DNA of 64,000 bases from Glaucostegus cemiculus (taxonomy: Eukaryota). The stretch is from NCBI GenBank assembly GCA_976551045.1, contig CDPCPM010000137.1, positions 1,302,001 to 1,366,000 on the forward strand, in the 5' to 3' direction. Every line of letters starts with the position of its first letter. Position 1 is the stretch's first letter. A program made the position numbers and the translations under genes. Positions 13,201-26,465 of this stretch are shown piece after piece. The notes beneath the pieces are model-generated. The model saw only the letters and a list, made by a program, of their open reading frames with translations. It searched no databases and had not been told where the DNA came from.

Positions 13201-14789
13201 CAATGGATTAAATAATCTCCCTCATTTGTTCCCATGTTTAATATTATTGTGAAAATAACAATGTTGCATCCACTGTAATTCTGCCATTATAGGATATTTT
13301 ATTCCTAATTTGTAAATAATTACCCCAATTTTCTCACAGAGTCTACAAGGATGACCACATGGAAAATCATAATGTACTGTTTCGATGGGAAAGTTCTTTC
13401 TTCAGTGTTATCTGTTTCTCTGATATACTAGTTCCCAGAGTCCTTAAGTATTAATTAGTTATATTATGAGTTATGAAACCTAATAGCACTAAATTAATGT
13501 AATCATCCTGAAGCCCCTATTCATCCAAATACATTATAGAAACATTATAGCACGGCACAACATGGTGGGCCGAAGGGGCTGTATTGTGCTGTATTATTCT
13601 ATGGTTCTAAACTGGGACCTTAAGACAAAGTTAAAGACGAATGTTTAGACTTTTGTACACTCCAGCCATATAGTAGTTGTTTGGGTGCAATACTGTTATT
13701 TTATTTTGCTAATGATAGAAGATTGTGGGCCCTTGGACACTTACTAATTCAGGCAAGAAACTGGCTCTGGCCCTAATGGTCTGTAATCGTTCAGAGGTGC
13801 ACAGCATGCTTCAGTGTCCATTCATAGCAATGTCCCTTTCAGAGCTCATTTAACCAAAATTGACAGGATTTTATGATGCATAAATATATATAATGTTGGT
13901 TGCCTTCTTGGATTCTGCTGCATTGATCACTAATGAGCAGCTTCTGTATCTTATCCATTCCTCTGTCATTATGTAGCAGCCTCTGGCCATTCAAGTTTCT
14001 GTCAAGTTTTCTGTGTTCTTTGCTGATATGAAGATGGATATTGAACAGAAGGAGGAGATCTGTCTGTCAGAGATCTTCAGGCTTTGGAAGCAATCATTGT
14101 AAGGATCTTGGGACATACCTTTGTGCCTTAGAGGTAGCAGTGGATTTGAAAGCAACAGAATATTCTTTGAATGATGTGGAATTTATCAAACAGCTGCAAA
14201 AATATGCTGACCTGAAGCTTTCTGGGATATCAAATTATTCTATTGATACCATTCTTGGTGCAGCTAGCCAAGAGCTAACAAGACAGGAGAAAAGACTAGT
14301 CCAGACGAGAAACAGCTTCAATGAGGTTTATGGCGATCTTTTTATAGTCAGATAACCTTTTCAGAATGGGATGACCTTTTCAGAATGTCAAACAAAGAGT
14401 GGATTGTTGAGGAAATAGTGTGCTCTGATTTCCTATCTCACACAATAATCACTCACATTGATTTCTGATGATAGTGCCTGAAATTTGGGGTGTTTGGGCC
14501 TGTGATTTTCACTAACATGTTAGCCATCCAACTTCCCATCCTAGATATCACAATAGCCTGCAGTATTAAAAATATTGTTATCCCTCTCTCCTCAAAATAT
14601 ATGGGCATTGTGTCCTTCAAAAATATCATTCCATCAATAATTTCTCTTTCCACTTTATAATTCTTAAACATACTGCCTTTCAGATTAATTTAGCCTCTTC
14701 AACAACTCCACCTGAATTTCTTTAAACAGGTTTTCACCCCTTGTCAATATTAAGATAGTCTCATTAAAATTAGATATAAAAAAAGAGAT

Positions 14790-15550
14790 TTTCAGTAACC
14801 CTGACAAGAGTGCATCATCCTTCAATGTCCTTCTAAACCTGTAACCTTTGACATGCTCCTCCATTGTTCGACTTGATCAATTTGCCCTTTCTCCTATCTA
14901 AATGTAATACTAAGGGAACTCTGACTTCACTTATTACCTCATCTTTCAACATTGGGCATAATAATCCAATTTTTCCTTTCATTTCCTCACTGTTGCATTT
15001 GACCCTGAACTAACGTTCTGACCCCTATGTCCTCTCCATCCCAAAGACTGGTTATTTCCATCTCCATAAGATGCTTTCATCCTCAATGTTTCTTCCCCAC
15101 TTATATTGTTCACATATCAGCCTGTCCTTGCTGATCTACATTGGTCCTTTATCCTCCAGTGCTTTGATCTTAAATTACTAATTATTGTGCTTCCATCACC
15201 TCACTCCCCAAATCCTCTGGAACACAGCCTTTATATATAGAAGCTGCTGAGCTTTCCATTCCTTTAACTCCAGTGTTGAATTTATGCTTCTCCCTTTGTT
15301 CCAAGATTGGTTGCCTTTTCTTAGTTATCTTGCTTCCATGTCCAATTATCTTTTCTAACACCTTCCACCTCATCCTATAGCTATTGTTCTTAACAATCCC
15401 TCTTTGACAAAACTTTTGTCATCCCTTCTAATATCGTTTTGGTTGGCTCAGTGTCCATTTTTTCCCCACCTATGAAGTGCCTAGGTGTTGTTTCTCTGCT
15501 CTAAAAAGTAAATATCTACATAAGTTGTTGCTGATAAATTGCTGTTGCTT
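14790..15550 (+). mobile_element. Decayed L2-type LINE 3' part
   Basis: Pyrimidine-rich RT remnant ending ccctctttgacaaaacttttgtcatccc...tgaagtgcctaggtgtt...ataagttgttg, an L2-like tail. Confidence 0.5.
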
Positions 15551-16289
15551 TAGTTGTATCCATGGATTTTTACCAATCCATAGGAATTTTAAAAAAAATT
15601 GAGGCCCCTGAATTATTGTGCCTGAATATGGATGGACTGCACCTGGAAGAGGCAGAAGAGATGAGGGATACATTCATCTTTATCGTACTTACCTTTCTCA
15701 CTATTGATGTGGGTAAGTTTCATCTTGTGCACAGCTGTATATACATAGTGGACGGGGAATTGTTTTGTCTAAATGGGAGCAAGTTTGGGACTAAATTCCT
15801 GTCTCGGATGACAAGCAGAGAAACAATTTTGCTTCACTCTTGGTCTTAATGGAGGGGAGGTATCTGAGGGGTTAACTTCCTGCTGCTTCTGGCCAAGGTA
15901 TTCTGATTGGCTTATAAAGTACAAGATACAATTAGAAGAAACTAATATGACATTACTGTTAGTCTTTGTCATTTTTTATACACTTTGATAGTTTAATTAT
16001 GTCTTGTATGACATTGATAAAATTCTTACATCAGAGGATTTCCCATGACGTTGTTCATTCAGAGCCAGACAATGTGTTGCTAATGGCTGCTTAACAACCA
16101 TTGCATTATTAAGGTCATTGCTTTGAGGTGATTGAATAGTTTTTACAACATTTGAGAATATTGGCAACACTTTTGAAAATATGTTATACAAATGTGTCCT
16201 ATTGCCAATCAGATTGTAAATCATGCATTAATAACTGTCAAGAGCATGCTTTACAATGAGACAAATGTGATGCTACAGTATATAAAAAA

Positions 16290-17000
16290 AGCTTTAGAGG
16301 GAAATTGTTCCAGATTATACATGAGTAGGAGGGAGTATAGCTCTAAGGGTGAGGTGAGGTGATAAAAATCTCAATGCACTGAAAGGGTGGTCCAAGAGGT
16401 TGGAGAAGGTGAGCAGTCATGGGGAAGGCGTGGGAAGGTAGGAGAGTTGCGGAAATATTGGTGAGATGACAGTTCTTTGACATTGGAGCACCGATGTTGG
16501 GTTCTGGGGAATGGGAATAGTCGGCTAGATGTGTTTAACAGGGTGATTTGAGGCACAAACGGGAGAGGTGGTTTGGAACCCCAAGGTATATTTTCAAAAA
16601 GGGCTGTTGTTGGTTGAGTGCTGGAAGGGGAGTTTAGAAGGAGTGAGATGGTGTTGAAAAAAAGATTGGCTGCAAGATATTCAAGGCCAGGATCCAGAAA
16701 CTGGTTTTATCCACAGCAACAATTTCCATTTACATAGTTAACATGATCCAAGATACCATACCCAGGAATGCTACTGATCTAACAACTGATTCCAGCCCAT
16801 TGAAAAAGACATTAAGGCAGATAATCAAAAATTTCCCAAAGAGACGGGTTCGAAGGAGGAAAGAAATAGAGGGGTAGAAAGGAATTCCAAAGCTGAGGAT
16901 CTTGTCATTGGAAGTATCTTTGTCAGTGATGGAACACTTAAAAAAGTAGTGAAGAAGTACAGGTTCTCAGAGGGTTTACTGAGAATGGAAGGAGGCAAAC
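16290..17000 (-). mobile_element. Decayed L2-type LINE fragments
   Basis: Purine-rich tract resembling antisense L2, plus a reverse-oriented tail (cagcaacaatttccatttacatag) near 16715. Confidence 0.45.
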
Positions 17001-17439
17001 CATTGAGTCATTAAGTTCAAAAGATCAATATACTTTTGCTCTGTTGCCAAAAACACAGTAGCAAAAGATGACAAGAAGGATTGGAAAAGTGGAAAGGTAC
17101 CTAGCTAGGGGAGGAATTAGGTACTGGAAAGATGGCAAATGAAGGGTTAACTATGAAGGAAATTCCAATAGCAGTGAGTGTGAAAGATTGTAGAGTAAAG
17201 CAGGAGCGGAAAACAGGGAGCAAGGTATGGGAAGCAGATGATCATGGTAAAATGGCAAGATATGCTAGGAGATAACCAGAAAATTAGAAAATATACTGTT
17301 GCTAAGAGTGGAGCAGAATGAGAAGCTAAATGAATATTATAGACTTCATTAATCCTCTGTTCTCCCCATAAATGAGCAGCAAAAATTATTGGATTATTAA
17401 AGGGGATACTGCACTTGAGCCTTACTAAATACAGAGTAC

Positions 17440-17950
17440 CCTGCAATAAATAATGGGAAAACCACAGTATGTGGGCATGGCTAGAGTAAAGGATAGTACG
17501 TGTATGGCAAAACTGTGGTAAATTATTCTAATTTCAAATAAATAGCTAACCTGCAGTTAACCTGCAGTTAATGATGGTACAAACACAGAAAATATTTAAA
17601 GTACAATGATTAAGGTAAACCCACAGTAAATGATGATGAAAACACTAAAATCACAGCAAATGGTGGTAACTTAGCTGCAAATTATACTAAAGGTGCAGTA
17701 AAAGTACCATAAATAATAAAGTAATGGATAATAGTGCCGTAAATGACATTGGAAGTGCAGTAGATGATTTTAAAAATGCTTTAAATGATTTTAAGACAGG
17801 CATAATGCAGCAAATAATCATTACACAGACAAATTGCAGTGAGTCATGAAAAATGCACACTTAATAATACAAGTGAAATAAATTATAGCAAATTACAAGA
17901 AAAAATAGTTAAAGTTCATTAAAAAACACTAAAGTGTTAAAGAACACTAT
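17440..17950. repeat. Degenerate minisatellite-like tract (~20-bp unit, aaa.gcagtaaatgatggt-like)
   Basis: Recurring cacagtaaatgatg / gcagtagatgat / gcagcaaataat words; includes an exact aacctgcagtt doublet near 17548-17569. Confidence 0.55.
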
Positions 17951-18089
17951 AGATATGACTGGTGTTCAGGGTGTGGCAGGGAGTGGTGGACATATTCTAG
18001 GCAGAACAAGAGATAGTGCTAAGTACACAGATACATCACTGAGCATCACAACAGCTTGTCACAAGGCTCTCAGTGTCAGGAGGAGGATA

Positions 18090-18870
18090 TGGGGTTGAGG
18101 AGGTGAAGAGATGTTGAGGACCCTTGGATTCTAAAAGTTGCAGCAAAGTTACTACCATCTGCTGCATTGTTTGTCATCTTCTCAAGTTTCTTAGAATCTA
18201 GAAAGGTCTCAGCTGATGGGAAAGCAGTAAATGTCACACATGTATACAGGAAAGGAGGAAGAGAAAAAATGAGAAATTATAGGTCAGATAGTCTAATACC
18301 AATTGTCCTGAAAATGTTGTAATCCATTACCATTAGACTGGCTACAAAAGTATAACATGTTTGGGCAAAGTGAATACAGTCTTATGAAAGGGAAACTGTG
18401 TTTAACTTTTTTTGGAGAGTTATTTGATGATGTAGCTAGCAGGATACATAAAAGGCAACAGTGGATGTAGTGTCTTTGGATTTCTAAATGGCATTTGATA
18501 AGGTGCCACATAAAAGTTTACTGCATAAGTTAAGGACTCATAGGGTTGAAAGGAATATATTAACACTAAAAGAGGATTAGTTAATAGAGAAAAAAAACAA
18601 GGAGTAGAGAATATATAGGTCATTTTCAAGTTGAGGAACTGTAACTGCTGGGATGACTCATGTTCAATGCTCATTTTCGGCCATTAACAGTTTATATATT
18701 AATGGCTGAGATAAAGGGACCAAATGTAATGCATTCAAATTTGCTGATGATGCATGGATTGATGAGAACGCAAGTTGTGAGCAAAAAGCAAAAGCCTAAA
18801 AAAAACAATCACACAGTCCTGGAGAAAATAATGCGTCACACAATTGTAAATAGGTTTCACCTGGATTAGA
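18090..18870 (+). mobile_element. CR1 LINE reverse-transcriptase fragment
   Basis: gtggatgtagtgtctttggatttctaaatggcatttgataaggtgccacataaaag (VDVVYLDFQKAFDKVPH-like) and tttgctgatgat (FADD), with stops and frameshifts. Confidence 0.85.
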
Positions 18871-19049
18871 AAGCAATAGCAACCATTTTTCCATCTGCAC
18901 TATAAAAGTTTATATGTTTCCAGATTGAAATCTGCATTCAGTGACAATAATAATACAACTCCATTTTCTAGCAAATTGCTGAGCCACATTGGTCAAAAAA
19001 AAAGATTGTCATTCACAGACTAACCAGCTTTTACTAATGCTTTTGCTCT

Positions 19050-20400
19050 GTGCTCCATTATTTAAAGGCACATTCACATTCAACTTTCATCCTTTGCCAG
19101 TTTTGCTTCTTGGCACTCTGGAGGCTGCCTGCTGTCAAATCAATACTGAACCTTCCCTTACTCCCACTTCTGCATTTAGAAAATACTTGCCATGGTCATT
19201 TCTCTGGTCTTACCACTCTTATAGCTGGAAGACTGCAGACGTTAGAGGAACCACAGGAAATCAGGCACTGGGACCACATGGAAGAAAGTGTGAAGGGGCA
19301 TGTTGCAGAAGATCTTACCTAACCAGGATGTGCAGGGACCCATGCCCATATCTAGACTTCTCTGAGAAGCAATGCCTGTGTAGGCTATGCTTCAATGAGA
19401 CACTCGCCCTTGAGATCTGTGCCTTTCTGTGTCCTCCGATACAGGTTCAGGAGCGGGGACTCCTCTAACAGGCAAAGCCAAAGACACACTCACTTTCAGG
19501 ATCATTCCTAGCCATTGCTTCTGATCTATGCCAAATTTCATTGATTGCTGCTCAGCAAGTTTTTAGGGAGGTCACATCTTCTTCCATGTGATCCCAGTGC
19601 CTGATTTCCTGTGGCTCCTCTAATGCTTTAAGTCTTCCAGCAATAAGAGTGGTAACACCTGGGAAATGACCATGGCCAGTATTCTCTAAATTCAGAAATG
19701 GGAGTAAAGGAGGGTCATGGAGGGAGGACTTCATACACTTTTCCTTCAGCCCAGAGGCTGAGCCAGAGAGTCGGAGCAGGCAAATGGCCTTGCCAGCATC
19801 AATGCTTTTGCAATATCCAGCAATCACTGATTGAGCCATTCATGCTCTCCCAACAACTGTAAGGAATCCATTTATCCAATATGCAGCTTGTGGCTGACCA
19901 TCAGAGTGACATCCTCATGGTCAATTCACATGCTTTAGCTCCTTCATTCAAAGGTAGCCACAGTTATTGCCTTTCAAATGTCACACTGCCCAACCATGCA
20001 GGATGAAGAGAAACCCTTTCTTGAAATGGCATCTCACTCCTCTGAGATCCAGATATTGCAAATGAGCGATAATGAAAATGGCATCAACACAAGAAGCTGA
20101 ATGAAGATCGCTACTGACCTCCTCAATGTGAGATCTTGCTGTTTGCATAACCGTGGGGATTTGCTATGGTATTCACTAGCCTTGATCTCCTGCTTTGTGG
20201 TTATCCCTTACTTACTCCACAATTTAGTGACCCAGCGTATACAACCCTTTCCTGAGGATGTACATCTAGTGGAGAAACAGGGGGGAGGCAGGACGAGCAG
20301 GTTGAGGAAGGGGATGAAGTCTACCATGAGGATGAAGGCTGTCCACATCAGCAGTCTTAACTCCATGAGTGCAATGGCAAGGATGCAGTGGGGAGCCCAA
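19050..20400 (+). pseudogene. PIF/Harbinger (HARBI1-like) DDE transposase relic, copy 1
   Basis: Ordered degenerate motifs across frames: YLDFSEKQCLCRLCF..EIC (19348-19420), SGSFLAIASDLCQIS..REVT (19495-19577), REDFIHF (19721), GIHLSNMQLVADH (19863), DLLNVRSCCLHNRGDLLWYS...VVIPYLLHNLV (20116-20230), then an acidic tail. These follow the Harbinger nuclease pattern as I recall it (SGSFQ, GFHSINVQ.VCD, LKxRFRCL, CCxLHN). Confidence 0.8.
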
Positions 20401-20429
20401 TCCTGCAAGTGCTGGGAAAAGATTTCTTG

Positions 20430-20714
20430 GGGACATAGATTTAGGATAAGAGGGGAAAGATTTACGATGGACTTGAGCAACTTTTTCACGCAGAAGGTGG
20501 TGAGTATATGGAAAGAGCTGCAAGAGGAAATGGATGAGGCAGGTACAACCGAATCATTTAAGAAGCACTTGGATAGGGACATGTAGGAGTGGGGCTTAGA
20601 GGGATATGGGCCAAACACAGGAAATTGGGACTAGATGGGTGGTCGGCATGGTTGGCATGGACTTGTTGGGCCGAAGGGCCTGTATCTGTGCTGTATTGCT
20701 CTATGACTATGACT
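20430..20714 (+). mobile_element. CR1 LINE 3' end
   Basis: GHRFRIRGERF..FFTQKVVSIWKELQEE C-terminus, gggccgaagggcctgt..ctgtgctgta, and a (ctatga)n tail. Confidence 0.9.
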
Positions 20715-21479
20715 AAGGCAAAAGCATCACACATATGCTAAATGTCTTCATTTAATAGATCACAAATTCTGCATACTATTCATTGTCATTCATTCATCTT
20801 CAAGCACTTAACGAGTTGACCACAAACTCATGAATATGGAAAGTATATAAAGGAATAGAAGCAGAAAATCTTGGAAATACTCAGCAAATCAGGCAGCATC
20901 GGTAGAGAGATACAGTTTATGTTTCAGGTCATGGGCTCATGATCAAGATTCCTGATTTATAACATCTGCAGTAATTTACCAAAAGATATAGAATCTATTT
21001 TCAACTGTACACTTTCCCAGAAGGTGCCTCTAACGCTCTTGCACAGGTCTGTATCTCAGGCATACAGTCTGAAACCAACTCATCAAAAAATGTCATTGAT
21101 TGCTGAATTGTTCATAGCTTGACCTTGGTCCACTATGGGCCAGTTTGTGAAGGTTGTTGAAATATTTGAATTCAATTACATCTAACTGAACAAATATCTT
21201 CTGCTGATCATATAATTAACCTTACTAGTACCCTCACAGCAAACTACTTCTTCCATTAACCAATTTTCCTGGCGGGGACTGGAAGGTCACTCAAAGACCA
21301 TGGACGTCAGCTATCTGAATCACATCCTATCCTTTCGACTCTTGTGAAAATCAGAAGTGCAAATTAATCAATGAGTTTTGATGTAGTACAGTTTCAGGAA
21401 AAATGGGTTAGTAGAAGTTGGTAGTTCTCTGGGTCAATAAGTTCTTATTTACTCATAGAACAACCAACCTTACTGGTCT

Positions 21480-21860
21480 TTTTTAGCCCCCTGAAACTGA
21501 ACTATTTAGAAAGTGAACATTTAAACTTGGACCTCACTGAGAGTGGTGATCTCCTTCAACTTCAAACACAGCCACAAAGTAGTCTGGATGACTTTTCCCA
21601 TGGAATTCAAAGTCACAGACACTCTCAGCTTCCTAACTCAAGTATCATTCCAGTTTGCTGCTGATCTCTGCCACATCTCTGCATTTGCTTGTCACTTCTG
21701 TGTTATAGAGATCATCCAAACTCACTACTCAAGAAGAGAAGACTTCGTGAACTTGCCGTTCAGTCCACAGGTGCAGGAACTGTGGGCACAGGAATTTGCT
21801 TGCATTGCAGACTTCCTCAAAGTGTGGGCATCTGGAGATAACACTATTCTTAGACCTCTC
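21480..21860 (+). pseudogene. PIF/Harbinger transposase relic, copy 2 (N-terminal half)
   Basis: ORF 21543-21872 contains KVTDTLSFLTQVSFQFAADLCHISAFACHFCVIEIIQTHYSRREDFVNLPFSP..WAQEFACIADFLKV, paralleling copy 1 (DLCQIS, REDFIHFSFSP). Confidence 0.8.
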
Positions 21861-22289
21861 TGGAAATCTTGACTGGAGAGCCTGGTTGTATGACTGGAGA
21901 GTCTCCAAGCCATCCTTGCACAAATAACGTATCTCTTAAAGGCACTGTTCCCTCACCAGCCTGTTCAGGTCCCTTTAAGTGTGTCCTCCTCCATCCCCAA
22001 AGGGGCATTCTCCCATTCCTTCCCAGCATCACACATCCATTCATTAAGTAGCATCACCAGCCCTGTAACCAGAATAGTGCTGGTTGTACTGTGGCATGTC
22101 ACTCAAAGGGCTGGCCGTAGAGGTTGCACTTACAAGACTATGTGCCAGTGCCAGAGAGAATTCATAACAGATCAACAGAAACTGACACGGCACAGTATTA
22201 CACAAGGAAACTCCACAGCACCCATTTCATAATTGAAGTTCTTGATTTTAATGGAATTTTTACAAACAGCATTCGTCTGACCTACAACA

Positions 22290-22700
22290 CTATTTTAATG
22301 TCATTAAAAAGCTAGTATTTCTGTGCCAGGATATCTTGCTACAATTGAACAGGAAATTGGTGAGCCCACATCTGGAATATTAAATATACTTTTGGGCTCT
22401 TTATTCAAGGAAATATATATTTGTTTTGGGTGCAGTGCAGTAAAGCTCACTAGACAGATTCCTGGAACAAAAGGGTTGTTCTATGAGAAAATATTGAACA
22501 GAATGGATCTATACTGTCTTTGGTTTAGAGGATTGCAAGATGATATCATTGAAATATAAAAAACTCTGAGGGGAATTACAAGGTAGCAGATATTTCTCTT
22601 ATTCAGATTCAGAAACTAGGGGCATGTGGGATCACTTAAGCTTGAGATAAAGAGGAATATCTCCTCTAAGAGCATTGTGAATCTTAATGTGGAAGCATTT
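22290..22700 (+). mobile_element. Decayed CR1 3' fragment
   Basis: LTRQIPGTKGLFYEKILNRMDLYCLWFRGLQDDIIEI matches the CR1 FTRxIPGxxGLSYEERL..LYSLE.RRxRGDLIE motif. Confidence 0.75.
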
Positions 22701-25087
22701 TATTGATTCTACAATGGTGCAGAAAAGAAGTTATTTATTAGTGATAAATAACTAATCCCATGTAATTTATTTATATGTAGATTTTTATTTATATATAAAT
22801 AAAAGTTATACAAGTTATATATAAATAAATAACCTGAGATTAATGAGTTTGGGTGTATTAGATTAACTTGTATACAGCAGCGAGGGAGAATTAGACTGAA
22901 GGTCCAAAAAGCAGCCTAATCACTTTTCTATCCACTAACTTAATAATTACAATTAGAGGCTTTCCAGCCACATGTTCTTCCGCGCCTTCTTCAGATAATT
23001 CCATAGGTTCAGTTTAACAGTTGGAAAATATACCTTAGGTTTTAAGAGGATCTTGAATGCAAATGGAGTTAGAACCTGAGTCATCTACTTCTGTCCAAGC
23101 TTTTAAAGATACTGACCCATTGTGGATGTTTTAGGAAATGATGCTGAGGACTGGAACTCCCTTGATACTCAAGAGGTAATTTTTGAATACTTAGCTGGAG
23201 ACTAGTAAGGGAAGGATGCTGAGGCTGAGGGAAGATTTGGAGAATTTGGTCTATTTGGAAAATTTGTTGTATTTATCCTAACTTTATTTTGCCAATGTTA
23301 ATTACTTTGCAGAAGAACAAATTATAGTAATATAAAATGTATGTCAAGAATAGAGCAATAATAGTATCATTGAGCTGATCAGGCTGGATCCATCCTGCTC
23401 TTCAGAGTCAGTGCCCACCCATGAGCATTTAGCCCCCCCTGGATATGGAGGGCTAATTTCAATGTCCCCCACACACTGGTGACTTTGAATCGAATGCTGA
23501 TTAAGGTTTAGGCTCAGGCCCTGGCAGGCTTTGAAAGAACACAGAATCAGGGAACAGCCTTACCTTATGTCCAACTCATGACTTGACTTTAGCAGTTTTT
23601 AAATGTCTCTGAAAACTTGAGACATTAAAATCTTAAAATTTAAGTAAATAATTAAAACATACAAATAGATTGAAATTAGTTAGTTAATTAAGAACACATT
23701 TAAAATAATTAATAACATTAAACTCAAGTAATATCATTAAAAAGCTGACACCTGCCTCCTAATCCACAAGGTTACAATCTCCCTTGAACTGAATCTGCTC
23801 TTACGCTAGGTCTGACCTGATGTAGGATTATAGAGGCAATTCCTGAATGTAGTGTTGAGGAATCCCAATAAGACTGGTGCTCAACTTTGTGTGGACTTCA
23901 CCGACAAAGAAGAATGACACATTCCCTTCATCAATTAGCAAGTCTCAGACTCATGGAAGGTCTGTACAAGTCTGGCATATACCACCATTGGAATGGCTGA
24001 TCATCAGTAATTCTGAAGGGAACTGTTGGTGACAGCTATGGAGACATGTTCCATAAACATACTGAGATGATTTCACGGTCAGTGGTGGGTGGCTCATGCT
24101 CACCACTGAACTCTGATAAAAAATCTATTTCATGTGGTTTCCTCAGTGGGAAATTGAGGGTTCCTTCCCTTGCAGCAATTTCCTGTGTGTCAACAGGAGC
24201 TTCCTTCTGTGCTCGAATGGTAATATGTGGGTAGGAATAAGCCCCACCCACAAATTGGATGTGAAGACCTTGACAGCTCAGTCCCCCTCCAGCATGGTCA
24301 GATTTCAAAGCTGCTAAAAACTCTCATACAAAACTGATTTAAAAATAATTATTCAAACTACAAAAGCTTTTGCAGTTAAAGACACAGAAAAATACTTAAA
24401 ATAAAACAACTAAAAAATAACAAATACTTACATTAGTCCTTTGCAGCTATTCCCCTCCATTGAAATGAATGCCAGGACCAATAATCAACACGTATCACAT
24501 TAGTCACCACATGTGACATCAAACAAAGACATGACCAAGCACACAGACAGATAGACTCGGTCAAATATGGAAAATGTATTCAAAGAAAAAAAACACTATG
24601 GAACATGATGTGGTTGGCATTTCAAAGGCTTGCAAAGGCATAGAAGGCTACAAGTCAAGGGCTCGAAGATGGGATTAATGCAGGTGGGTGCCAAAAATAG
24701 TCAATGGTGGGCTGAATGGCCTGTTCCATGCCGTATTACTCTGATTCTAAACCTCGGAGGATTAAGAGCTATGGAACCAAAAACAAGAGGACAACTAGGA
24801 ATGGAGGAGCAGGAATATGGCTAAATGATGTAACCACAACAGTGGAAGGAGAGTAGCTAATAAAGGTGGAAAGGCAGCAGAATAACAAATGATATGAGGC
24901 TTTGATATGAGATGTCCATTGACTTGTTGATAGCAGTAATATAGTAGGTGAGTGTGTAAGTGCAGACATCAATGTGTTGTGCCCTCCCCCCACCCACGTT
25001 CCTAAAATAGAGATATTATTCACTTTTCCTGCTTAGAATTGGATTAAGCATTCCCAATACAAGGAAAGATCTTGAGTAAATGATTTT

Positions 25088-25819
25088 GGGCTAGAAATTA
25101 CTCAACATGTAAGAATTAGACTGTAGTGCCACTGCAAAGAACCATACTTGCTTTAATCACAGATGCATGGCTGCAGTATTCCAAAGCATGCAGGTAATTA
25201 ATTAGAATTGCAAGTTATGAGCTTTGTGCGCACAATCAGACATGTTCAACCTAAAGTTGGCTAAGTGCAAATTTGCCTCCACTTCTCAAACTACCCGCAG
25301 ATGTAGAATGTGTAGAAGTGTAGAATGTAGATTTGCCCTCAAATGTAGAACGCATGGCAGGGCCTGGCACCAGACACCTTCAACAACTGATCAGGCAGGC
25401 TGCTACTAACCTGGACATTCACAGTAAATGACCACACCCCCTCATGACCCACCACCATCCATTGCCACCCTCACCACCCAGAAAAAAGAAACATTTAAAG
25501 AAAATGGACAATGACAAAAAAATCCTAGAGGAAGGAAGTCACACTTTGCTGCCGGACTCCCTGGCAGCATCCCAAATATGCTCTTCAACAAATCCGGCAC
25601 CCACCTACATCCACTGCATATGCTATTCATAAATCCCAAGAGCGTTCTCAATTGTGCATTGCACGTTGACTGACATCATGGTATAAGTACAGCAAGCTCC
25701 ACACATAAACACATCATACGCACAGGGGACTGTGCCATTATTTTCAAGTGTTTGCTCACATGGATTTTATCTGAAACCCAAATGATATATGCAAAGAGAA
25801 AATTGAATTTCCAGACCCC
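25088..25819. mobile_element. Possible non-autonomous DNA transposon with short imperfect TIRs
   Basis: gggctagaaatt at 25088 and aatttccagacccc at 25806-25819 are imperfect reverse complements; lies near the Harbinger relics. Confidence 0.35.
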
Positions 25820-26465
25820 TTGTTGAAGGAATATATGCACCTCAAACTTGTGCAGGACCTACATTGAGGTGAACTTTCCATAATCCATACCTGGCTTCTA
25901 AATGGAACCACTTATTGCAAAATATGATTAAGGTTTGTATACCGCCATTGGGAAAAAAAACTACTGGCTAATCAAAGCCAAAATTCAAACAAGCCGGTTC
26001 CTAATTCACCATGTAAATATGTTTATTTTCATCTTGGGGCGTATGCCTAGCAATGGTTTGATTTAGTCATTCATTTTTATCCTGGATGGAACAAAGGCAT
26101 TAAGCACCAACATTGCCACAAAACTAACTGAAATGCTAGAAACTGCACTAAAATTGTTAATAGATAAATAACTATTGCCCAGATACTTTCACTACTAGTC
26201 TGTTTGTAAATGTTAATGCTGTCATCCTGAATTTTGACAGCAACTCAGCATTTGTAAAACTTGAGTCATTGAAGATCGATTGATTCTGGTGTCTAGTTTT
26301 CTGTAACGTATTGACCTATACCACTTACATAATCTCATCACCGTTCCAGCCAGAGTCTTATATAATAGGTACATTTAAGATTCTTATAAATTGGAGCAAG
26401 TGCAAAAAATAGCTGATATTTTTATTGTGGGTTTGGTCATATATATTGCATTTCCTTCATTCCAG

